From positions 21,762,001-21,826,000 of the forward strand of contig OZ024752.1 of assembly GCA_964016885.1 (NCBI GenBank): a DNA stretch of 64,000 nt, read 5' to 3'. Shown here one piece after another: positions 29,808 to 39,300 of the stretch (positions are counted from its first letter, which is position 1; each line of letters begins with the position of its first letter). Origin of the DNA: Eledone cirrhosa (taxonomy: Eukaryota). The notes beneath the pieces are model-generated. The model searched no databases. It was not told the DNA's origin and worked only from the letters and a program-made list of their open reading frames with translations. The position numbers and the translations under genes are program-made.

Positions 29808-29854
29808 GCACCACTGACGATGTTGCAGACGTGCAACGAATGAACTTTGATAGA
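29808..29854 (+). ncRNA. Hammerhead-like motif of the PLE 3' region (right arm, GAAA changed to GAAU)
   Basis: ccaCTGACGAtGTTGCAgacgTGCAACGAAtgaactttgatag, the mirror of 26872-26918 with a core substitution. Confidence 0.5.
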
Positions 29855-30181
29855 TTATATATATGTGTTTGTGTCTATATTGTATCTGTATTTTTGACCG
29901 TTGGTCAGTCAATGGTAACATTGAGGACTGAATAAATTAAATTAACCGATATAAAAGACACAGAAGCGAAAACCAACCAAACAGTGAGTGTGTTCTGTTA
30001 TTAATTCTGGCAATATTATTACACAAATATGACCCTCCCCAAGTATAACAATATTTGTATATATATAGGTGTTACCTGTTTACTATTTACTGCAGTAACA
30101 ACCATTCACCATTCATAAGCTGCTGTCCACATCTACTATAATGAGATACTCATTACTCCAATTGTCCTTGTTTTCTGTTTT

Positions 30182-30421
30182 CTCATTGTTTCTATATCAA
30201 TTCTGATAGTCTCACCTAATACACTAACACATCTTTATCACTTTGAAGTCACTATACTATATTCAATGTAGTAGAGTGATGACACACCAATCACTCTACA
30301 GTCTATATGTTCCCTGAGGTACAATGACGCACTCATATTCAATATTTTCTCATCATTTCTCTATCAATTGATAGTTTCACCTGATAAATTGACACATCTC
30401 TATCACTTTGAAGTCACTATA
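30182..30421. repeat. Diverged local direct duplication (~75 bp, offset ~165 bp)
   Basis: ...tatcaattctgatagtctcacct...acacatctttatcactttgaagtcactata recurs as ...tatcaattgatagtttcacct...acacatctctatcactttgaagtcactata. Confidence 0.75.
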
Positions 30422-30538
30422 TAAATGTATTTGCTCTTTCTTTTATACAAAATAAACATAGACATCCCTTTGTCCACCAAATCTAGACCATCCTGAAATT
30501 TGGTCATTTAACTGTCTTCTCTCTCTATTTCATATTAG

Positions 30539-30574
30539 TGCTCCTGCTACACCACGGTCATTTTTCTTTAGCAG
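30539..30574 (+). CDS. 36-nt coding micro-exon B (phase 2-2), (S)APATPRSFFFS
   Basis: Acceptor ctgtcttctctctctatttcatattag| and donor cag|gtatga. It is frame-preserving and open in the same frame as exons A and E. Confidence 0.6.
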
Positions 30575-30633
30575 GTATGACTTTTTTTAAATTTCATTCA
30601 TATTTTGTGATATTGCTGTTAACAACTATTACT

Positions 30634-30830
30634 TACCGTATATATTAGAATATAAGCCCCCCACCCCACTTTATGTTTGAGAAATGGACAAAAATCAAAT
30701 CCCTATTTATAAGCCGAGGCAGTTAATGAACACATCATTTTTAGATGGCATATATAAGCCAACCCCACAGCATTTTACCATCAATTATTTTGGTCACATA
30801 TTCCTCGGCTTATATTCGAGTTATTTCACA
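30634..30830. mobile_element. Non-autonomous Tc1/mariner-type MITE (decayed)
   Basis: The left end taccgtatatattagaatataagcc and right end ggcttatattcgagt are imperfect inverted repeats. An internal tataagcc motif recurs at ~30709 and ~30753. Confidence 0.65.
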
Positions 30831-30857
30831 AATATTGTTGGCATAATTTCACCACCA

Positions 30858-31080
30858 TCACCCGTAAAAGCATCACATGACCAAAGCAGCACAATCTTTT
30901 CTCATATCCACTCTATTAGATTCCTCTTATACACAGTTTCTCTCTCAGTTTATCTACATGTTCTCGTTCATATACACTAACATTACACATCCATCAGAAT
31001 ATGTTTGCTTCATTTTTATTCAGCATTTTCTATATCCTCTGCTGTATTTACTGTCCATGTCTTACTGCTGTGCAACATTG
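30858..31080 (-). mobile_element. RTE LINE fragment, inverted relative to the copy at 25590-25992
   Basis: The reverse complement aaatgaagcaaacatattctgatggatgtgtaatgttagtg...gagagagaaactgtgtataagaggaat...ggtcatgtgatgc aligns by eye to 25612-25757. Confidence 0.8.
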
Positions 31081-31382
31081 CACACATATATATAAAACAA
31101 TAATAAAGGGGTATGTAGTCAGATGTGGGGGATGGTGTGTCGGAGTAGTGGCTGAATCTCCAGATCTATCATTGGTATTATTGTCAGCTTTAATTTTCTT
31201 TTCCATCATCTTTAACCAAGTCTTTTTAAGTCTTCCTCTTCTATTTCTTTCATTCATTCCCACCTCACCCAGTCACTTTCATCCTTCCTCAACACATGAC
31301 CCAATCATCTCATTCCATTTCTCTTCTCAACATTCATCACTGGTTTTATTCCTATCATTGTTTCTCTTCCTGTCTCTCTCAG

Positions 31383-31404
31383 CAATTCTCCACTCCCCTA
31401 CCAG
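31383..31404 (+). CDS. 22-nt candidate micro-exon C (phase 2-0), (S)NSPLPYQ
   Basis: Strong acceptor tttctcttcctgtctctctcag| and donor cag|gtaaca. The frame is restored only together with exon D. Confidence 0.5.
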
Positions 31405-31651
31405 GTAACATCCTAATATGGAGGGTCATGGGAAATTGAAATGTCCACCCACAGTCATATCTGTATAAAAGGAAGAGCTAGATAATCAATTCCAGGAAAA
31501 TTCAATGCTGAATCTGTATAAAATTTAAAAAAACAAAACACTCTTTCACATTCATGTATTATATGTTTTGCCAATGTTTGAAATATGTTGATAGCTGTCA
31601 TGTGGAGCATGTAAATTCCTAAAGAATATTTGTTACTTGTGTATGAAATAT

Positions 31652-31908
31652 GTTGACATGACAAAAGGCACCCTGTCTACCCTGTAAAGTGGTCATGTTG
31701 GTGACATGACAAAATGAACCCTGTCTACCCTATAAAGTGGTCATGTTGGTGACATGACAAAAAACACCCTGTCTACCCTGTAAAGTGGTCATGTTGGTGA
31801 CATGACAAAATGCACCCTGTCTACCCTATAAAGTGGTCATGTTGGTGACATGACAAAAAACACCCTGTCTACCCTGTAAAGTGGTCATGTTGGTGACATG
31901 ACCAAATG
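31652..31908. repeat. 48-bp tandem repeat, ~5.3 copies, alternating variants
   Basis: gtgacatgac starts at 31701, 31749, 31797, 31845 and 31893. Units alternate ctgtaaag and ctataaag. Confidence 0.95.
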
Positions 31909-31995
31909 CACAAGGTCCACCCTGTGGTTGTGCTGGCTGGTAAAACGATGAACAAATACCCAGGCTTACATGGGAAAAGTCTTCTCTTTGTTCAG

Positions 31996-32018
31996 CAATC
32001 TCTCATTAGGACTTACAG
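31996..32018 (+). CDS. 23-nt candidate micro-exon D (phase 0-2), QSLIRTY(S)
   Basis: Acceptor cttctctttgttcag| and a weaker donor cag|gtgtct. 22+23=45 nt restores the frame into exon E. Confidence 0.4.
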
Positions 32019-32070
32019 GTGTCTTTCTTTTCAGCAGCAGTCAGAACAAGTGGTCCACTATCATTTTACT

Positions 32071-32432
32071 ATGATGATGGTGGTGATGATGGTGGTGATG
32101 ATGATGATGATGGTATTGGTGATGATAGGGATGGGGTGGAGGTGGTGATGATGAGGGTAATGATGGTGTTGGTGATGGTAATGATGATGGTGTTGATGAT
32201 GAGGTTGATGATGGTAGTGATGATGATAATAGTGATGATGATGGTGATGATGATGATAATAATGGTGATGGTGATGATGGTGTTGGTGAGGATGGTGATG
32301 GAGGTAGTGATGGTGATGGAGGTAGTGGTGGTGATGATGATGATGCTGAGGATGTGGCTGATGATGGTGGTGATGATGGTGGTGGTGGTGGCATGTGATG
32401 ATGATAATGATGATGATGATGATGATGATAAT
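32071..32432. repeat. (GAT/GGT)n degenerate trinucleotide repeat
   Basis: atgatgatggtggtgatgatg..., the source of the spurious poly-M/poly-H ORFs. Confidence 0.95.
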
Positions 32433-32471
32433 AACTGCCATTTGTTTCATTTTACACTCTGTCTTTAACAG

Positions 32472-32682
32472 TCGACTACGAATGTACAGTGATGATCCAC
32501 CACCCTATGATGTGGTCATTAACCAAGAGTATGTGGTCAGTGATACGGTCACTGAATCTATGGCATCAGAAGATACCACAGTCAACCTGCAAGATGAAGA
32601 GTCATTTCAGAGTGCGGATGAAGAATGCTGCCTAGAAGCACCACCTTCTTATGATGAATTTATGAGGACTTCCAGGTTATGA
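32472..32682 (+). CDS. Terminal coding exon E of an unidentified PPxY (PY-motif) protein: RLRMYSDDPPPYDVV...EAPPSYDEFMRTSRL*
   Basis: Acceptor ttttacactctgtctttaacag| at 32471. The exon is non-repetitive, acidic and open for ~69 codons with two PPxY motifs (PPPY, PPSY). It ends in TGA and has downstream AATAAA signals. Confidence 0.8.
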
Positions 32683-33231
32683 TGGGTAGACCCACCTACT
32701 TGGTGAGCTGCATTTCCCACTGTCCCCTACCTCTCTCTCCTGCATAGCAAACTTCTCCTCCTGGATGAGGAATGTTTGTCAATGCAGCTTTTCCTTCTCT
32801 ATTACCACCTCCTCTTTCCCAAATCCCATTCACCCACACCTGATAAGCTGATACACTCCGTCTACTACCACAACGTGTTTTTGGTACGTTCTGCTGGTTT
32901 ACTGGCTACAAAATTAAAAAAAGAAAGGCAAGAAAACAAGTGCCACAACAAGTATTTTAAAGCCATTTTCGGGGCCTCATGCATTTGTTGCTAAAGAAAC
33001 CAGAGTTAAATATTATACAAGCCTAATGAACTATGCTGAGATCTGGGAAAATATTAACACACAACATGCTACTAATCCCCTATAAAATATATATGGCCTT
33101 TCTTTCAAGCTAAAAACGAAGTCCAATCTGAGACCCTTTACGTTAATATTTTTACAACAATATTGTAAATCTATCACCAGTGTTTTTCTCCATACATCTG
33201 CTGCAGATAAGTATTCTATATTTCCTACACA

Positions 33232-33274
33232 AATAAATATTTCTGGTTTACCCCCGACAAAAATAAAAAATAAA
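33232..33274 (+). terminator. Candidate polyadenylation signals
   Basis: AATAAA at ~33232, ~33262 and ~33269, about 550-590 nt after the stop codon, followed by T/GT-rich sequence. Confidence 0.5.
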
Positions 33275-33307
33275 AATTGAACCTGTTTAAATGTTGTTAA
33301 ATGTTCT

Positions 33308-36300
33308 TGTATATGTAACTAAAACATGGTCTGTTGGTCAATGAGAGTGGTGTCAGGTGTTGTGTATATGTAACTAAAACATGGTCTGTTGGTCAATGAG
33401 GATGGTGTGAGGTGTTGTGTATATGTAACTAAAACATGGTCTGTTGGTCAATGAGAGTGGTGTGAGGTGTTGTGTATATGTAACTAAAACATGGTCTATT
33501 GGTCAATGAGAGTGGTGTGAGGTGTTGTGTATATGTAACTAAAACATGGTCTGTTGGTCAATGAGGGTGGTGTGAGGTGTTGTGTATATGTAACTAAAAC
33601 ATGGTCTGTTGGTCAATGAGGATGGTGTGAGGTGTTGTGTATATGTAACTAAAACATGGTCTGTTGGTCAATGAGAGTGGTGTGAGGTGTTGTGTATATG
33701 TAACTAAAACATGGTCTATTGGTCAATGAGAGTGGTGTGAGGTGTTGTGTATATGTAACTAAAACATGGTCTGTTGGTCAATGAGGGTGGTGTGAGGTGT
33801 TGTGTATATGTAACTAAAACATGGTCTGTTGGTCAATGAGGGTGGTGTGAGGTGTTGTGTATATGTAACTAAAACATGGTCTATTGGTCAATGACAGTGG
33901 TGTGAGGTGTTGTGTATATGTAACTAAAACATGGTCTATTGGTCAATGAGTGTGGTGTGAGGTGTTGTGTATATGTAACTAAAACATGGTCTATTGGTCA
34001 ATGAGAGTGGTGTGAGGTGTTGTGTATATGTAACTAAAACATGGTCTATTGGTCAATGAGAGTGGTGTGAGGTGTTGTGTATATGTAACTAAAACATGGT
34101 CTATTGGTCAATGAGGGTGGTGTGAGGTCTTGTGTATATGTAACTAAAACATGGTCTATTGGTCAATGAGAGTGGTGTGAGGTGTTGTGTATATGTAACT
34201 AAAACATGGTCTATTGGTCAATGAGGGTGGTGTGAGGTGTTGTGTATGTGTAACTAAAACATGATCTATTGGTCAATGAGGATGGTGTGAGGTGTTGTGT
34301 ATATGTAACTAAAACATGGTCTATTGGTCAATGGGAGTGGTGTGAGGTGTTGTGTATATGTAACTAAAACATGGTCTATTGGTCAATGAGGGTGGTGTGA
34401 GGTGTTGTGTATATGTAACTAAGACATGGTCTATTGGTCAATGGGAGTGGTGTGAGGTGTTGTGTATATGTAACTAAGACATGGTCTATTGGTCAATGAG
34501 AGTGGTGTGAGGTGTTGTGTATATGTAACTAAAACATGGTCTATTGGTCAATGAGGATGGTGTGAGGTGTTGTGTATATGTAACTAAAACATGGTCTATT
34601 GGTCAATGGGAGTGGTGTGAGGTGTTGTGTATATGTAACTAAAACATGGTCTATTGGTCAATGAGAGTGGTGTGAGGTGTTGTGTATATGTAACTAAAAC
34701 ATGGTCTATTGGTCAATGAGGATGGTGTGAGGTGTTGTGTATATGTAACTAAAACATGGTCTATTGGTCAATGAGGGTGGTGTGAGGTGTTGTGTATGTG
34801 TAACTAAAACATGGTCTATTGGTCAATGAGAATGGTGTGAGGTGTTGTGTATATGTAACTAAGACATGGTCTATAGGTCAATGAGAGTGGTGTGAGGTGT
34901 TGTGTATATGTAACTAAGACATGGTGTATTGGTCAATGAGAGTGGTGTGAGGTGTTGTGTATATGTAACTAAAACATGGTCTATTGGTCAATGAGAGTGG
35001 TGTGAGGTGTTGTGTATATGTAACTAAAACATGGTCTATTGGTCAATGAGAGTGGTGTGAGGTTTTGTGTATGTGTAACTAAAACATGGTCTATTGGTCA
35101 ATGAGAGTGGTGTGAGGTGTTGTGTATATGTAACTAAAACATGGTCTATTGGTCAATGACAGTGGTGTGAGGTGTTGTGTATATGTAACTAAAACATGGT
35201 CTATTGGTCAATGAGAGTGGTGTGAGGTCTTGTGTATATGTAACTAAAACATGGTCAATTGGTCAATGAGAGTGGTGTGAGGTGTTGTGTATGTGTAACT
35301 AAAACATGGTCTATTGGTCAATGAGGATGGTGTGAGGTGTTGTGTATATGTAACTAAAACATGGTCTATTGGTCAATGACAGTGGTGTGAGGTGTTGTGT
35401 ATATTTAACTAAAACATGGTCTATTGGTCAATGAGAGTGGTGTGAGGTGTTGTGTATATTTAACTAAAACATGGTCTATTGGTCAATGAGGGTGGTGTGA
35501 GGTGCTGTGTATATGTAACTAAAACATGGTCTATTGGTCAATGAGAGTGGTGTGAGGTGTTGTGTATATGTAACTAAAACATGGTCTATTGGTCAATGAG
35601 TGTGGTGTGAGGTGTTGTGTATGTGTAACTAAAACATTGTCTATTGGTCAATGAGAGTGGTGTGAGGTGCTGTGTATATGTAACTAAAACATGGTCTATT
35701 GGTCAATGAGGGTGGTGTGAGGTGTTGTGTATATGTAACTAAAACATGGTCTATTGGTCAATGAGGGTGGTGTGAGGTCTTGTGTATATGTAACTAAAAC
35801 ATGGTCTATTGGTCAATGAGGGTGGTGTGAGGTGTTGTGTATATGTAACTAAGACATGGTCTATTGGTCAATGAGTGTGGTGTGAGGTGTTGTGTATATG
35901 TAACTAAATCATGGTCTATTGGTCAATGAGAGTGGTGTGAGGTGTTGTGTATATGTAACTAAAACATGGTCTATTGGTCAATGTGGGGGGTGTGAGGTGT
36001 TGTGTATATGTAACTAAAACATGGTCTATTGGTCAATGAGGGTGGTGTGAGGTGTTGTGTATGTGTAACTAAAACATGGTCTATTGGTCAATGAGAGTGG
36101 TGTGAGGTGTTGTGTATATGTAACTAAAACATGGTCTATTGGTCAATGTGGGTGGTGTGAGGTGTTGTGTATATGTAACTAAAACATGGTCTATTGGTCA
36201 ATGACAGTGGTGTGAGGTGTTGTGTATGTGTAACTAAAACATGGTCTATTGGTCAATGAGAGTGGTGTGAGGTGTTGTGTATATGTAACTAAAACATGGT

Positions 36301-39300
36301 CTATTGGTCAATGAGGGTGGTGTGAGGTGCTGTGTATATGTAACTAAAACATGGTCTATTGGTCAATGAGAGTGGTGTGAGGTGTTGTGTATATGTAACT
36401 AAAACATGGTCTATTGGTCAATGACATTGGTGTGAGGTGTTGTGTTTATGTAACTAAAACATGGTCTATTGGTCAATGGGATTGGTGTGAGGTGTTGTGT
36501 ATATGTAACTAAAACATGGTCTATTGGTCAATGAGAGTGGTGTGAGGTGTTATGTATATGTAACTAAAGAATGGTCTATTGGTCAATGTGGGGGGTGTAG
36601 GGTGTTGTGCATATGTAACTAAAACATGGTCTATTGGTGAATGGGATTGGTGTGAGGTGTTGTGTATATGTAACTAAAACATGGTCTATTGGTCAATGGG
36701 ATTGGTGTGAGGTGTTGTGTATATGTAACTAAAACATGGTCTATTGGTCAATGGGATTGGTGTGAGGTGTTGTGTATATGTAACTAAAGAATGGTCTATT
36801 GGTCAATGTGGGGGTGTAGGGTTTTGTGTATATGTAACTAAATCATGGTCTATTGGTCAATGAGTGTGGTGTGAGGTTTTGTGTATATGTAACTAAAACA
36901 TGGTCTATTGGTCAATGAGTGTGGTGTGAGGTGTTGTGTATATGTAACTAAAACATGGTCTATTGGTCAATGAGGGTGGTGTGAGGTGTTGTGTATGTGT
37001 AACTAAAACATGGTCTATTGGTCAATGAGAATGGTGTGAGGTGTTGTGTATATGTAACTAAGACATGGTCTATAGGTCAATGAGAGTGGTGTGAGGTGTT
37101 GTGTATATGTAACTAAGACATGGTGTATTGGTCAATGAGAGTGGTGTGAGGTGTTGTGTATATGTAACTAAAACATGGTCTATTGGTCAATGAGAGTGGT
37201 GTGAGGTGTTGTGTATATGTAACTAAAACATGGTCTATTGGTCAATGAGAGTGGTGTGAGGTTTTGTGTATGTGTAACTAAAACATGGTCTATTGGTCAA
37301 TGAGAGTGGTGTGAGGTGTTGTGTATATGTAACTAAAACATGGTCTATTGGTCAATGACAGTGGTGTGAGGTGTTGTGTATATGTAACTAAAACATGGTC
37401 TATTGGTCAATGAGAGTGGTGTGAGGTCTTGTGTATATGTAACTAAAACATGGTCAATTGGTCAATGAGAGTGGTGTGAGGTGTTGTGTATGTGTAACTA
37501 AAACATGGTCTATTGGTCAATGAGGATGGTGTGAGGTGTTGTGTATATGTAACTAAAACATGGTCTATTGGTCAATGACAGTGGTGTGAGGTGTTGTGTA
37601 TATTTAACTAAAACATGGTCTATTGGTCAATGAGAGTGGTGTGAGGTGTTGTGTATATTTAACTAAAACATGGTCTATTGGTCAATGAGGGTGGTGTGAG
37701 GTGCTGTGTATATGTAACTAAAACATGGTCTATTGGTCAATGAGAGTGGTGTGAGGTGTTGTGTATATGTAACTAAAACATGGTCTATTGGTCAATGAGG
37801 GTGGTGTGAGGTGTTGTGTATGTGTAACTAAAACATGGTCTATTGGTCAATGAGTGTGGTGTGAGGTGTTGTGTATGTGTAACTAAAACATTGTCTATTG
37901 GCCAATGAGAGTGGTGTGAGGTGCTGTGTATATGTAACTAAAACATGGTCTATTGGTCAATGAGGGTGGTGTGAGGTGTTGTGTATATGTAACTAAAACA
38001 TGGTCTATTGGTCAATGAGGGTGGTGTGAGGTCTTGTGTATATGTAACTAAAACATGGTCTATTGGTCAATGAGGGTGGTGTGAGGTGTTGTGTATATGT
38101 AACTAAGACATGGTCTATTGGTCAATGAGTGTGGTGTGAGGTGTTGTGTATATGTAACTAAATCATGGTCTATTGGTCAATGAGAGTGGTGTGAGGTGTT
38201 GTGTATATGTAACTAAAACATGGTCTATTGGTCAATGTGGGGGGTGTGAGGTGTTGTGTATATGTAACTAAAACATGGTCTATTGGTCAATGAGGGTGGT
38301 GTGAGGTGTTGTGTATGTGTAACTAAAACATGGTCTATTGGTCAATGAGAGTGGTGTGAGGTGTTGTGTATATGTAACTAAAACATGGTCTATTGGTCAA
38401 TGTGGGTGGTGTGAGGTGTTGTGTATATGTAACTAAAACATGGTCTATTGGTCAATGTGGGTGGTGTGAGGTGTTGTGTATGTGTAACTAAAACATGGTC
38501 TATTGGTCAATGAGAGTGGTGTGAGGTGTTGTGTATATGTAACTAAAACATGGTCTATTGGTCAATGAGGGTGGTGTGAGGTGCTGTGTATATGTAACTA
38601 AAACATGGTCTATTGGTCAATGAGAGTGGTGTGAGGTGTTGTGTATATGTAACTAAAACATGGTCTATTGGTCAATGACATTGGTGTGAGGTGTTGTGTT
38701 TATGTAACTAAAACATGGTCTATTGGTCAATGGGATTGGTGTGAGGTGTTGTGTATATGTAACTAAAACATGGTCTATTGGTCAATGAGAGTGGTGTGAG
38801 GTGTTATGTATATGTAACTAAAGAATGGTCTATTGGTCAATGTGGGGGGTGTAGGGTGTTGTGTATATGTAACTAAAACATGGTCTATTGGTGAATGGGA
38901 TTGGTGTGAGGTGTTGTGTATATGTAACTAAAACATGGTCTATTGGTCAATGGGATTGGTGTGAGGTGTTGTGTATATGTAACTAAAACATGGTCTATTG
39001 GTCAATGGGATTGGTGTGAGGTGTTGTGTATATGTAACTAAAGAATGGTCTATTGGTCAATGTGGGGGTGTAGGGTTTTGTGTATATGTAACTAAATCAT
39101 GGTCTATTGGTCAATGAGTGTGGTGTGAGGTTTTGTGTATATGTAACTAAAACATGGTCTATTGGTCAATGAGTGTGGTGTGAGGTGTTGTGTATATGTA
39201 ACTAAAACATGGTCTATTGGTCAATGGGATTGGTGTGAGGTGTTGTGTATATGTAACTAAAACATGGTCTATTGGTCAATGGAAGTGGTGTGAGGTGTTG

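Larger units (their letters stand above)
28241..30058 (+). mobile_element. 5'-truncated Penelope-like retroelement (Naiad/Neptune-like), comprising the spacer and right arm
   Basis: RT motifs KFNEKIYTQNEGAAIG...ANLFM, YSRYVDDINI, LPVLDTELWI and YAKPMAS. Cys linker CTNRKCIIC, then a C-terminal GIY-YIG domain and a hammerhead-like motif downstream. (TA)n lies at the outer end. Confidence 0.92.

Noticed and set aside
26805-29921. Hydrophobic short ORFs in the palindrome arms
   Set aside because: They are antisense or UTR translations of AT-rich PLE sequence and (TAAA)n repeats.
31906-32468. Poly-Met, poly-His and poly-Asp ORFs
   Set aside because: These are translations of the (GAT/GGT)n simple repeat upstream of the real acceptor at 32471.
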